Assembly (NCBI GenBank): GCA_002189035.1
Contig: CM007992.1
Location: 3,784,082 to 3,848,081, forward strand
DNA: 64,000 nucleotides
DNA from: Utricularia gibba
Lineage: Eukaryota; Plantae; Magnoliophyta
Reading direction: 5' to 3'
Shown here: positions 23,849-36,572 of the stretch, piece by piece
Layout: each line of letters begins with the position of its first letter
Position numbering within the stretch: the first letter of the stretch is position 1
Made by a program: the position numbers and the translations under genes
Notes under the pieces: generated by a model
Told to the model about the DNA's origin: nothing
Databases searched by the model: none
Seen by the model: the letters and a program-made list of their open reading frames with translations, nothing else

Positions 23849-25340
23849 TCACCCTGGGTAAGAGCAACCATGTGCGGCTGGCTTCCCACGCCATATGGTT
23901 AACTTCCAGAGAGGCTCTGTGGTTATGAACTCATTGGGAACAATCATGTACTGCTTTGCCTTGCAAGCAGGCTCCCATCTTTGTTTATTTTCTACCCAAG
24001 CCCTTGCCTTCATCGAGCTATTTCCAACTTCAACAACGAGTTCGTAATAGAAAACCCTCCCTGAAGACGCAGGGGCAATGCAAGCAACAAAGCCAAAAAA
24101 TCCTTCAGGGGCAATACAAGGGCTCAAACCCAGAACGAAAATTAGCCCTTCATTCTTCTCTAGGAGAACAATATTAGTCCTCTTAGAGTTGTCCCATGCA
24201 AATGCACGATCAAGGTGAATTTTGTCCACTGAGAAGGTGAAGGTACCATCAAGGTTGATTTCTTGATAAGAGGACGAATGCTCCACCGAAAGGTGGTTAT
24301 GCAAGTCCTTGTAGAAATCAGAATGAGAGCAGCCATCGAAGGGGCATAAGCAAGGCCCATACATGCATCTCTTCTCGTGGTCAGATTTCTTACTGTAGTT
24401 GATGAACTCCATGCAACCTCTTTCCTTGTATGAACATGACTAGAATTGAATCAATAACCTTTTCAAGTGCTCTGCAGCGGTTATACCCTATGGGTAAGCA
24501 GCAACTTCCGCATTCATTCCTCATTTTTTTGCAACAACATTTGCAGGCAACGTGGCCATTATCACACTGCATACATTGGATCAAAAGAGCGCGACGAATT
24601 AGACCACCCAATAAGACTAATTTGTCTCTGACGATGTTTCAAACTTCTAAGCTAATGAGGGAAAAACTCGGAGACGCTCTAAAACAGTTTTCAAAAATTA
24701 AAAAAAAAAAAAACATAGAATGCTGGCATACGTTGCAGAAGGATAGCTACCTTCATTAGAGCACGATCATACAAACAAAAAGAGGGAATTTTTCCACTTC
24801 GAATCTAGAATTGACTTTCAGAAAAATTTAATCTTGAGTTACGCAGTCACGAATACTGAGAAGTGATGGTGCATATACGGGTGGGGTGAGAAAAAAAAAA
24901 CACATCGTACACACAAAGACCTGATATACGGGTGCGGTGAGAGGCTCAAAGCAAATGGGGCAATCTAGCACATCTGAGTCAAGGGTAACGCCAATCCGCG
25001 CCTGCTGGTTTTCACAGAGTTGAAGTGGCTCCGAAACCCTATGGTCATTCATGTTAGGATTTGAATTAGCGTGCCCATTGGCAAGTAGCTCCTCGGCTCC
25101 CAGTTGCTCTTCTTGGTCGTCTTCCTCCTCTGGAAAATCATAAGAGGAGGATTCGTCACGAATCCGATTACCCGTTTCGAATTGGTCGCCGAGATTCGAA
25201 GAGGGGGATTTACTGCCGACATGAGCCGTTCGACGAGTCAATGAAAGATTCAAAGGCAGGAGCCGAGGCCTTTTCGGCGGTGGGGATTGACCTTGCTGTC
25301 TCCGTCTGTTTTCATCTCCGCCGATAGAAAACCTCGCCAT
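23849..25340 (-). CDS. SINA-like (SINL) RING E3 ubiquitin ligase; frameshift at about 24436-24440 separates the RING from the SIAH zinc finger and substrate-binding region
   Basis: Exon 1 25340-24921 (LDSDVLDCPICFEPLTAPVYQ). Exon 2 from 24566 (CDNGHVACKCC...C.SC.LPIGYNRCRALEKV) continues in another frame as YSKKSDHEKRCMYGPCLCPFDGC...HL...H. Confidence 0.85.
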
Positions 25341-25782
25341 CGTTGGTCCTTCCCGGGAGCGGAACTCGGTAGAAGCGATGACCACGAATATGACAAGTTC
25401 AGGGAAAGTAGGCTCAGCCTCAATATTCTGAGAAATAGCACTTAAGCCCTTAAACTGTTGCTTATTACAAGTTTTAATTACAATTTCATTGGCAGACATC
25501 ATTACTCATGCATTTGACTTGGAAACCAACTAGTGCATGCGTCTACAGGTAACGCATGCGCTGTACCACCCCCTCTGACGTAGCATAAGAATAGTGTTGG
25601 AAAGAAATGTTGGAAGATCGTGTGCTTTTCCAAATCCTTCCCATGACTACGGCTGTTAGCATTCCCTCTGCACATGCAATTACCAGGACTCGGTTGTATT
25701 TTTCAACAATGATGATGGCCGTATCTTGCATTCAGATCTCAACTCGAAGGGCATTGCAGATTTTGGCCGGTCATTTGGAGTA

Positions 25783-27337
25783 TTAAACCGAGAAGGTATC
25801 CGCATCGCTGCTTTCACTGCTGCTTCCACTACCGCTCCCACTTCCACTCTCACTGTCGCTGCTACTACTCTCACTCCCACTGCTGCTATTGGAGCTTGAT
25901 GTCTGGCTTCTTCTTTCCTGTGCTCGTAGTTCTTGGGCAGCATTCGTTCCCCTGTTGGCTTCACCGTCGCTAGCATCACCGTCAGCAATCTCATCGTCTG
26001 AACCACCTTGGTGTGGTTTGTTGATATCAAAATCAAGTTCTTTCAGAACAACAGCTCCTCCAGAAGTGCCTGCATCCATCTCATCATTGATTGCATCCAT
26101 TATATCCACAGGCTCATCCTGGTCGTCATTCTTTGAGTTGGAGTTCGGACCTCGTGAGGTTGTTTGAGCAGAGGATGGTTGTTCCATGGTCTTCTCCCTT
26201 CCAGGCTTGGCATCTTATAGGAAAATCAAAAACTCAGATGCAAATAGAAGCAAGGGACTCAACATGTTCAAAAACCTATCTCATAAAGTTATCCATTGGC
26301 AGCAAAAGCATATTTACCTGCGGTTTTGAAATCTCCTACCTCAATTCGTTCAATTTCACCCTAGATGAAATAGAAGGCTCTTTAAATCTCTAGAAAGACC
26401 ATCATACATTTCAAGAAACTATATATGGCCGACTTGAAATCTTTCGACTTTCTTCTTTCGACTTTTTAGGCATGAATAAGAAATAACACTCCCTCAATAG
26501 AAAGTAAGAATAAAACATCGGCAGCACAACCCACAAGATGAGCAAGGCTGCAGACGAGAATTGACCTAAGCAACAGTCTCATCTGTACCCATTCTCTGTT
26601 GCATCAAATTTGAATGGAAACCATTCCAAAATCTAAAAGCAACATAAATTTGCCATTTTTCTCCCGGCAAAAAATGGAAATGTATACAGCTCTCAAGAGG
26701 TAAATACTTACCGGCAGTGGAAGATAAAAGTCCTTGCTCAGAGGCACAGGTTTAGCCATTTTCCCAATAGGTGGAGAACTTGCATCGGTGTGGCCAGCTG
26801 ATGAAACTGCAGCCCCTGCAGACTCCCCCAAAGCCCTGTTGTGTCTCAGCCGCTTTACAGCACGGTGCAACCGCTCCAAACGAAATGATTGCCCATCGAA
26901 AAAAAGAACTGCATCATTGTCTTTATGATCCTCACTAATACCATCGAATATCACTTTAGGCTTTCCAGGCTGAATATTTTGAAATTCAACAGTGACCTTA
27001 TTATCCTTGCCCTTGTGCAACATACCCCGTTGATTTTTATCAATTGACGCTGGCTTGAAATCGTCTAATCACACGCAAAAACAAGAGTCAAAAGAGCCAC
27101 AGCCCTACCGAGAATCGCAAACCCAAATAAAATATACACGCCATTCAAAACGCACATTCCCCGCATAAAGATCCCAACTTTAATCGAAAAAAAAAAGAAC
27201 ACGGGCAAGGGAAACTTACAGCGAAAAGTGCAGAACTTTGAGGTATGATCCTTGAAGGAGGAGCCTAGAGTTAAATTGAACCAGCGATCAGCTTGCGGCG
27301 CAGTGCTTGGCTCGTTGTTGCTGCTGATTCCTGCCAT
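25783..27337 (-). CDS. EAF: ELL-associated factor (EAF) family RNA polymerase II elongation factor
   Basis: EPSTAPQADRWFNLTLGSSF...CTFR|YDFKPASID...DAVLFFDGQSFRLERLHRAVK, followed by an acidic Ser-rich C-terminus; four GT-AG exons. Confidence 0.9.
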
Positions 27338-27712
27338 TTTCTTCCGTTTCCAACCAATTCCACGGAACGTGGATTTGGGCGACAACGGATAGAAGGCGCA
27401 GGCATAAAATTTTTGATATTTTTTCCCGGAAAAAGGTATCTTTTAATATAATTATGCATTTAAAAATATTTTGATTACAAAATGAAATACTATAAAATAT
27501 TAGATTATATATACTAAATTAAACCCCATAGTGATGATTCAATTCAAACTGATATTTTCAAATGGACCGAAAGTCAGCTGGTTTGGGGTTTTATTTTTAT
27601 ATGGATGAACCACAAAGATTTCAATTAATATTTAATTCCATTTAATAGCCTATAAAAAGGGGTGAGTTGAGGGTTGATCTATCCTTTGCACCAGGAAGGG
27701 GGGATTGGAAGA

Positions 27713-28032
27713 ATGAAGATCTTGCTGTCCGCGATGCTGCTAACTCTGCTGCTCTCTTCGTCCCTCGGTAAATTTACTAACAAAATCTTCTCCATTTTAG
27801 TCTTAGATCAAGGCAAGGCATGCTGTGGTTGTGAACAACAGGGCAGCAGCTGAAGTTCTGCCCCGTGAAGCCCCTGGATAGGAGGGGTTCCTGCAGCTCA
27901 GCCGTGGATCGGAGCTGCTTTTTCATCGTGCTCGGAGAGTTTGCGGCGAGCGTTATGCCAAGAAACATTCGATGCGTCGACGTGGGGTCGCACCGGAGTC
28001 GATGCACATGTGATGTAATATGCGGATCTTAG
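27713..28032 (+). CDS. Small secreted cysteine-rich peptide, SCR-like/defensin-like, 81 aa, 7 Cys in the mature part
   Basis: TATAAAA at 27651. Exon 1 27713-27767 is a signal peptide (MKILLSAMLLTLLLSSSL). A 74-nt GT-AG intron follows, then exon 2 27842-28032 (GQQLKFCPVKPLDRRGSCSSAVDRSCFFIVLGEFAASVMPRNIRCVDVGSHRSRCTCDVICGS*). Not in the ORF track. Confidence 0.75.
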
Positions 28033-28875
28033 AAACAAGGCAAAATGTCTGCTGCAATAGTGGCTTCTGTATGTCGACCATCTGGTCTCCTTTACAATGA
28101 AATGAAGCCCAGAGGAGTTTGTCTTTCGTGCCTTGCCTTGTTTAAAAGCAATGGAGTGAGGATGCTAGATCTGGGACATGATAGCGTAGCAGAATAACGA
28201 GTGGACCACAAGAACAGTGCATGTGAGGTCTACATCACAAAATTCATACATAAAATCGATGAAGATGGATGTTTCTCTAAACAAAGGCGTTTGTGGGGTG
28301 ATTTGCTACCCAAAAGCGATGCCTCCGCCGTAACAACAACAGCAACATGATACAACCCAGACAGAAACACATGGGAAGGAATGAATATGCGTAACATACA
28401 GTTCCTGTTGGCCGTTTCTGGAGACCACCCCAAAATTAGATTCATTGTCATATCCAAAAACAAACCAGATTCATACAGTGGAGGAATGAATAATAAATAA
28501 ATACATGGTGTTAGGAGTCAGACGGCTGCTTTTTCTAGTATTGTCTGATCCACCGTTTTGTTTGAAAGTTTCAGACGTCTGCAGCAAAGCGTAACATGCT
28601 GTTCTGGTGAAATCGAATAGAGACCCACGTACAGCCGATTAACAACACTCTCTGGATCATTCAAAATTACTATGTAATAAAATAGTCCATAGGCAGGAGA
28701 GCAGCGGGAGCGTTCAAATAGGACCGTTGGAATTTCAGGACTACAGTTTCCCTTGTTCCCCTTTTGCCCTCGAGTATCCATATGACCGTTGCATTTGCGA
28801 TTCAAACCAATGAAACTCCTGGATCCCCTCCAAAATCTCCATCGCAGAGGAACTTGCAATCTCACCTCATCATCA

Positions 28876-29424
28876 ATGACTGAGATCAGTAGCAGTGTCT
28901 CGCCTTCGCCATGTAACTCCGACCCCCATCATCTTTCGCTCCCAGCAGTCGTCATCAAGCGAGGCCCCAGATTCGGAGAGTACTCTGCTCTCAGAGAAAA
29001 AAGGCTCCGGATGAAGAGCAATCAGCCTCCCCGCCCACAGATAGCGCAGGTCGAGGAAAAATATACATCTAGATCGATTTTGGCTCCACCCAAATGGGGT
29101 CAGAATTTGGGTACGCCGCCGTCGCGGAGGTCTGACTCTAAATGTCCGTCTCCTCTTACCCAATCCGTACCCGATTTCACTTCTGTGTTGAGGAAGGAGA
29201 ATCGGAAGCCTGTGAAGATGCTTCTTCCGTCGCTGTCGCAAAAATCTTTAACTCCGCCTCTGGGGCCATCTGCCAACGCACTTTACGGGAAGAAGATTGT
29301 GGTAGCAGGGAGCAGTAGTAAGTCGGCGGGTAAGAGTCTGACGACCAGGAAGAGCTGCGCAACCATGCAGGAATTCAGAGGCTTGTCCCTTGCTGCTGCT
29401 CGTGCCATTAGTGGAGAAAGGTAG
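28876..29424 (+). CDS. Uncharacterised intronless Ser/Pro/basic plant protein
   Basis: Single ORF with the motifs RGPRFGEYSALREKRLR and LTQSVPDFTSVLRKENRKP that I recognise from a conserved plant family of unknown function. Confidence 0.65.
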   Translation: MTEISSSVSPSPCNSDPHHLSLPAVVIKRGPRFGEYSALREKRLRMKSNQPPRPQIAQVEEKYTSRSILAPPKWGQNLGTPPSRRSDSKCPSPLTQSVPDFTSVLRKENRKPVKMLLPSLSQKSLTPPLGPSANALYGKKIVVAGSSSKSAGKSLTTRKSCATMQEFRGLSLAAARAISGER

Positions 29425-30029
29425 AGTATTACGGGGTACAACTACAAGCAGGCGGCAGTATAACTAGTTTTTTCTAAGTCTCTACATCATCTTTTGACTT
29501 CACACTACTGTTAACCGGTTGTTCCTGCAAAGAGTTTTTGATTTGACGGACTCTAGAAAATTGATTTCATTACCTGGTTGGAATTGCTAGAAGGTGAGAG
29601 AGAAATACAATTTGGAACAGCGTGCTGAAGCGACATCCCTAATTCAGATATTAGCTGTGACGGTGCTTTTAGATGCATTGCAGGGACGGTGTTTTTAGGT
29701 GCTAATTCACCTAGCCTCTAGCCTTGGGAGTTCAGTTCCTTCAACCTCTGTTCCAAAGTGCACTCGATTGATCTCTACTTTGGTACCACCGTTTCCTTCT
29801 TAACCAGAGAATCAGTTGCAAATGCACAGCTTCCACCTTTTTTGCAGGCATTGTAAGAAGATGACCTCTTTTGTGCTAGTGGCACAAATTTATCAGAGCT
29901 GATAAACGAAGCCGGGAATGACCTTTTACTGACCAAGCAGGGGGAAGTGCTCTATTGTCAATCCCAAAAGATTTGGGAACAACCATGGGATGCTTCTTGC
30001 GTCGTAGAATTGCATGATAATACTAATCT

Positions 30030-30749
30030 CGCTCACAAAGCGGAGTCCTTTCATGATATTTGTCATTCCCAAGCAACTTGAATGTGCCCCGCAGGAGTCC
30101 AGGTTCCAAATTTTTTGTTGCCGCAGTAGTCAACAATTCTGATGGCCTTTCCCTTGAATGATTCCCGGGGCTTTTTACATGAAATGGAAATACAGGATGA
30201 CGATGCTTTCTTGACTTGGGATAAAGAATCCATCAATGGCAGATTCTCTGGCTAGAGAACACTTGTCGTTAGTTGCTACCTCTCGGAAGCATTCTGAGGT
30301 CCTAAACCCTCTTCTCCATAGGAGAATTGCAACTGCAACCATGACTTTCATGCATTTTAGTGATCGTGGCAGCAACTTTCTTTGAGCTTGCTGTTGCTGG
30401 TAATGGACTCCAGTCCCATAAGCTTGGCAACCAATCCTGGCTCTCGCATCTCCAAATCAACAGAATCATCAACGATCAACAATCTACACCACATAATCTT
30501 AAAGATGGTGGCATCAAGTTTTTATTGAGCATAGTACCAATCCAAGTTTGGGGCGCTTTTCAGTATCTACAAACATGTATGAAGCTCAATTTAACAGATA
30601 AGAACAAAAACAGGGAGCTTTGAGCAACCTGGTGAGGGGAGGTTCTTACTCAATCTACGGTTTCCATCCAAAAAATTGAAAGAAGATGCCCACACAACCT
30701 CCTGCCCTTGGGAATTTATTCTCTACAGGTGCAGCATATTATCATTCAT
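30030..30749 (-). pseudogene. Degraded TON1-recruiting-motif (TRM)/VARLMGL-motif gene remnant
   Basis: Fragments in changing frames: MNDN../AAPVENKFPRAGGCVGIFFQFFGW/NRRLSKNLPSP (30749-30630), MREPGLVAKLMGLES (about 30450-30405) and KSRKHRHP...VKSPG...AATKNLEPGL (about 30230-30100), with several frameshifts and stops. The downstream extent is unclear. Confidence 0.75.
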
Positions 30750-31342
30750 CCCGAGGAGTAACTGGATGTCTACTCTAGGCCCCAGGCCTGGGGTCATCAA
30801 ACTGGGCAAGTAGCAATATTTGTTTATTATATTTAATATATTATGCCAAGTACGAGGCTCGTTAGGCCAAGTTCTGTGTGTAGTGGGCTTGGAAGCCCAC
30901 CCATGGAGAGAATGTGACGTTGTGGTGGTTGGGCGGGCTGCCCTTCAACCCGACCGCCGACGGACCGATCATTTAATTGGCGGATGAGCCTCGACGCGAG
31001 AACATGTTAAATGCTGCGTTGTTGTACAAATGTTGTCGTGCACTTGGCACAAAATAATAATAAGTAACATGCACTAATAATTAGATGTATTCCAATTTTG
31101 TTTTCTTGCATGGCACCTGTTTCTTATGCAGGCTACATGGCCCCATACACCACTAACTCCCATGAATGGGGTTTAGATTATATCCTGGAGGCTGGATCTA
31201 CTCAATGTTACTCTTTCCATTTCATGTTTGGCATGGGTTCTTGTGTAACGTGCTCTGATTCATTTTCAGTCGCTCAAATTCCTCTCATGACATTGAAAAG
31301 TAATAACAAGAAAACCCGAATTAAAGGAAAGGAAAAATGAGC

Positions 31343-31993
31343 TCAGTTCTTCTTCTTGGTCCTGCCTGAAAACATGGAGCCCAGCCCGAAGAGAGTTGCC
31401 GGAGGGATATTAAGTACAGGGTTGAATTTCACAGCATGGTTATAATTGTTGCGATTGTTCTTCTTCAGCGGCGGTCGTGAGTTATGATAACCGAAGCCGC
31501 TGTTATGTTGCGTTTGTTGTTTCTGCTGATTCTTGAGATGCTGCTGCTTTTGCCCACACGCCCGTTTTCCGGTGGCTGTGGAGCCCGTCGAGTAGCTTCT
31601 AGACAAAAGGGGCAACGGACAAAGGCCGTGTCCACCTCCTGAGTTCAAGCTATAGCTGCGCCTGAATCTCCAGAAATACTTGGGGTTTTCTTCAGTCGTC
31701 TCAACCATGTTCCGGCTATTCCAATCGTCGTTGGCACTTGCACTTTTGCTCGTTGGTGGTGGCGCCGGCGGCGTCGGAAGCTTGTTCTTGATTTGAAGAG
31801 GGAGGATCTTACCATCGGAGAACAGCTCTTCGGTGGAGGAAGGTTCGTAGTTAGGGGTTTCACGGGAAGCGCAGAAATCGAAATCGATTGATGCCGGCGC
31901 AGGAATGTAACCGCTGTCGACTGACAACTGGGAAAGGTCATGGGAAAAGGAGATCCGAGGACTATCTGGGAAAGCGTGGATCGGGCTTGCCAT
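31343..31993 (-). CDS. Uncharacterised intronless plant protein (membrane-associated kinase regulator-like annotation class)
   Basis: Motifs SPRISFSHDL, IDFDFC, EELFSDGKILP, FWRFRRS.SL, LPLLSRS.STGS and PVLNIPP. Confidence 0.75.
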   Translation of the reverse strand: MASPIHAFPDSPRISFSHDLSQLSVDSGYIPAPASIDFDFCASRETPNYEPSSTEELFSDGKILPLQIKNKLPTPPAPPPTSKSASANDDWNSRNMVETTEENPKYFWRFRRSYSLNSGGGHGLCPLPLLSRSYSTGSTATGKRACGQKQQHLKNQQKQQTQHNSGFGYHNSRPPLKKNNRNNYNHAVKFNPVLNIPPATLFGLGSMFSGRTKKKN

Positions 31994-33194
31994 GTCTTGT
32001 CGATCAACCACCAATCTCTCGTCGGAAATACCAAGATATCCTGCGGTTGCAGAGGATGATGAAGAACAACATCCGAATGGTGGAAATCTGAAAGTATGCA
32101 TGGAAGTGGAGTTGTTTCCAGCGACCATGATTAATTATTGCTTCTCGTTGTCACATGGAAGACAAACAAACAAAAAAAAAAAAAAACAGAGATCAGGGCG
32201 ATATGATTCCCCGGATTGGTGATGGGTACACACAGTCTTAGCAAGTGCCGTGTGATCATCGCGCGCTTTTGCTTTTATGTGTGTGTTCTTTCTCCATAAA
32301 ATCTTCTCCCATATAAAGGAGATGGGATGATCGCTAGCTATTGCTTTTTTTGCTGAACTTGGACACGGGCAAGAACGTAAAGCAAACTTTCTAGGAAATT
32401 GAAGAGGATGAGACTTATCGATTGATAGCTGCTGTTGCATAGGTGTGGGCGTTCCCAGTTTTTAAGGTAGAAACTGAAATTTTTACAGAAGAAAGGAAAA
32501 AATTGGTGAAGTAGATATAACAAACAACACAAAAGCAAGGCGTGGCCTTCATCAGGCGTATGCACAAAAATCCAATTGAACAACACAAAAGCAAGTACAT
32601 GAATTTTTTCCTCACTGTGGCTGTGGGGATAGAGGAGATGGGTCCAATGCTCCACAAATCGGGCCACCTGTTCATGTGAACCCACAAAAAGCAAATGATT
32701 GACAGCACACTTCTCCCCAAAGAACCTTTAACCAAATCACAGACGTTCTTGCATCCTCACCACCATATTCCGCAGGTGCCACATTGGACATGCTGTCACC
32801 AAACATCAGATGATACTAATATGCCATGTACACCCACCGAAACTTCCAATAGACAGCAGATAAAAGTAGTTAATTGCCACGACCTTTATGCAGAGGCCAC
32901 GTTAAAAGCTTATCCGAGAATCCGGCAGCACCAGAAAAATAAAGAATGCATTTGCCAGTTCGAAGTCACGATATGTCATCATATGCATAGATAATGGCTT
33001 CAAGATATTAATGGATCTGTTTCCAAGTTAACTCATGTAAAGGGGCAACCTTACGAATTAGGTCATCACAAATTTGTAGTGTCCCTATGATGAAGAAAAA
33101 GGGCACCAACAATCCAACTTCACAAAAAAGAATAATCCAAATCACTGGTTCTTTATCAAACCAAGGGCCGGGTCGTCAAATGAAATGAAGATTT

Positions 33195-34128
33195 TCATGC
33201 CTCCACTACAGGGAAGTCAAAGACAACATCTTTCCCTGAGAGTTTCCTATACACACAGGCGAATGTTTCCAACTTGTTCTCTGTGTCGTTCTTAGCCTTT
33301 GGGTCCAAGAAAATCTGAAGATCATCAATGAAGCGGAGCACGTTTGAGTGCAAAGTAATGGGACTTCAGATATAAGAACAATTGGGGACAATCACCTTGA
33401 TGATCTTTGACCCATCCACTCTGTATCTTACACGTTTTCCAACAATCTCAGCAGGATAAACAACATCCTCAAGGATAGCCTCATGCACAGAAGTTAGAGT
33501 GCGGGATCTGGGTCTTTGGACAGCCGAACCCTTTTTTGGTGGACGCACTATCCTTCTGGTGGCAACCAGCACAACTTCCTACAAGCATCCAAAGATAAAC
33601 AACACGGGGAGTTTCAGTAAAACAAAATGCATTATTGATACCTCCGCGTGATTGTTTTTAAAAGTAAGCTATAACCTTTCCACTGAATTTCTTCTCAAGC
33701 TCCCTAACCAGCCTAGGGTGAATCTTGCGAAAAGACTTCCTCAATCTATAAGGCACATGGATGACAACCACCTTTTTACTTCCCGAAATGTCAATCTGCC
33801 TGAAAAGCCGCCGCGAATTATCAAATATTCATCGAGGAGGCCCAGCAACAAAGCAAAAGCATAGCATTAGAACTCTTACAGAGCAGAGTTGATGAAGAGA
33901 TCTTTCAAGTCGCTCTTGAGTTCTTGGTTGGTGTTTTCCAAGTCAAACAAGGCCTGAAGATACAGATGAAACCCATAAAAGCAAAAGTTAAGAAAAATAA
34001 AATAAAATAAGTTGGTTAAACAGAACAACTCAACAGCTAATTTGGTAGACCACCTGAGCAACATTTTCTTCAAATTCACTGGGTTCAGCTTCCTTGTCTT
34101 TACGGATTTTCTGCAACGCCGTATACAT
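33195..34128 (-). CDS. RPS7: 40S ribosomal protein S7 (eS7)
   Basis: [25 protein letters not shown]|[24 protein letters not shown]..., [40 protein letters not shown], end [13 protein letters not shown]; a 5-prime UTR intron lies upstream. Confidence 0.97.
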
Positions 34129-34541
34129 CTTTGACCTAGAAAAAGTAACATGACTAAAGCGCTGGCGACCTTCAGATTTCCAATTTAACATGACTAATTA
34201 ATAAACCAAGAACGATTAAGAACAAGAATCCGAATTTCTAAATGAAAAAGGTACTCGCAGACAAATCTTCCTACAATGAAGAAAGCACCGTAGTGCACAA
34301 AGAAGCGCGCAGAGCACACGTAGCTAGTCAACATAACTCATGAACGATATGCACACACGGCATACCCACCCAACGACTACATTCCAAATAAATCTCACGC
34401 GAATGATGCAAGAGAAAACCGAATGATAAATATCGAAAGGAGCTTCTTACCCGATATGCTCACTTCGTCGCACTGAAGCGCCAGAGGCCACTCGCTGTAA
34501 GCTCGGGAAAGGGCCGAATGAGTGTTTATATCAGACTTCAG

Positions 34542-34616
34542 AACCCTAGAGGATTTGGAAGAGTCCGACCGTCTGCAACTAGACTACGATCTATCTGAAA
34601 GAAGGATGCCGGCCCA
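34542..34616. promoter_or_regulatory. Telo-box-like (AACCCTAG) and site II (GGCCCA) elements upstream of RPS7
   Basis: AACCCTAG at 34542-34549 and GGCCCA at 34611-34616. This combination is typical of plant ribosomal-protein promoters, but short motifs could be chance. Confidence 0.4.
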
Positions 34617-34904
34617 GTCTGTTGATAGTTTCGACAAGTCCAATTCCATTGTTAGATATGGTCCAGAAATCATGTCCCAGGCCTGGACCCAGTACCAGAC
34701 CCAAGATATCCTCATCGGCCATAGCCACGAGTTATGAGTTACCACGTAGAAAAACTGAACATCAGTGAGGAATTTTTGGTGCTAAATCTTAGAGTTTTGA
34801 GTTTGATGATCGTGTTCCCACAGAAGTACAGGTACATAACAAGTTCTTTGACGATGTGGTTAGACCAAACACACACGCGCGCAGAAGAACGAGCACGTTG
34901 CTGG

Positions 34905-36572
34905 CTACTTATTATCAAGTGGACGCGGAATTCCACCTTCCTCATGTCCCCTGCTGGGAGTCAGAGATTTGGTGATGAAATGAACCAGAACTCCAATAGG
35001 GCAGAACAGAAGGCAAAGCGTGATCGAATGCCTCATCTCCAAATTGTTCTTCAACCCGTCAAAGTAAATCTGCCTGTTTTCACAGATACAACAAACACAA
35101 TTCTCATGTACATGCATTTGAAAGACATTTTACCTAATTACTGGGATGTATTTTGCATGTTTCACCTTGCTGCAAAAAGATCGATGGCTAGCAGATGAAT
35201 CCAAGCTGAACTCAATGTCATCTCACTCGAAAACAACTTCCCTATACCCGAAAGCTAAACGAACATGGGCATTTGGGTCAAATTAGTCGCTTCAGCCATA
35301 AGAAACACACGAATCACACGGAAAAAACACACCTCTGGGAGCCAGTATTCATTGGCAAACATCAGGTGCATGGTTTCAGGGGTCCATGACTGATAAAGCA
35401 GAAAGGCATAAAGTAATCCGAGAGCAATGTAAGGAATGCTGTTTGCCATTAATTTCTTAGTCTGCACAAGACAATTTTCCCGGGAATTGAGAGATTAAAC
35501 AGATAAATCTCTAAACACTTCAATCTAATGCCTGAAGGAATGAACAAGAATTTCGGAAGGATCAATAAATGAACAAGATTTGAAGGAAAGGCTCATAAAA
35601 ACGAATATGCAAGGTAAACACTCTCTTACAAATTCACACTTGGGAGCCACAACCATAGCAGTGTAAAATGGAAGAACAGCGACAGTTCCAACGGTAAACG
35701 CACTGCTAGCAATCTGTGAACTTGCAAGCCCTGCGGACACACATCATACAGAGTAAATTAACAAATAGGAAACCACTGGACAACTCATCAGGTGTTCTCA
35801 ACAGAAATGCCACATTTTACAGCCTGGTAAAAGCCGTAAGATTGGAAAGCTTTCAGCCCCAAACGACTACCAGCATAAACATGTGCTCTTACAAATATGC
35901 CTCCCGCACATTTTTTGCAGGATGTTATCAAGTATCTGACAAGGATATTAAAGGTGCTAGAATGCCTGGTTAAACACTTAAAGAACATCATAGGGTATTA
36001 CATGAAGCAGATACAACTGAGTTCCGTCTGTACAGAGAGCCACTTCCAGGGTTTGGTTGACTGGGGATTCTAGGAACCCCAACAAAGCCAGGAATGTGGT
36101 TCATTTTTATCCCAGTGAATGCTAGGCCAAAGAAGTCGGATTTCTTCATGCCTTGGCCAGCAGCATGCCCATGTATCTGACACAAGGCAATGTTGTTGGA
36201 AGGGTTGCAGGACAATCTTGGGCGCTCACTCTACCATGTGGATAAAAAGAGAAGATCAGTCATCAAAGTACTTCCAGAGGTCACCAAGATGACTTACCAT
36301 ATGAAAAAATTAAGGAAACCATGTTAGAACATAATATGGTCCTGAACAAAACTGTGATTTTCCAAAACAACCTACCGGCGTTCAAAGCACAAGACTGATA
36401 TCATTAAAAAAAAAAAAAAAAAAAAAAACCAACAGCAGTAGAATCAGAAATTCATGCTTGATGTACGGGCCCAACGTCGAAACCCATAAAAAATAAGGGT
36501 TTCAGAAAAGGTCCCCCTTACCTGGTAAGCGACACAGATCCTTGGAGTAAAAAGATGAGAGAATAACGCCAT
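34905..36572 (-). CDS. ABA4: ABA DEFICIENT 4 (neoxanthin synthesis), plastid membrane protein
   Basis: [53 protein letters not shown]|[30 protein letters not shown]|QIYFDG...[14 protein letters not shown]. The start at 36572 is inferred from exon phase. Confidence 0.92.

Noticed and set aside
32135-33100. Several 100-aa ORFs and ATGATGA/CTGA motifs downstream of RPS7 (possible small gene or snoRNA)
   Set aside because: No recognisable protein motif, and no paired C/D boxes with terminal stems that I could support.
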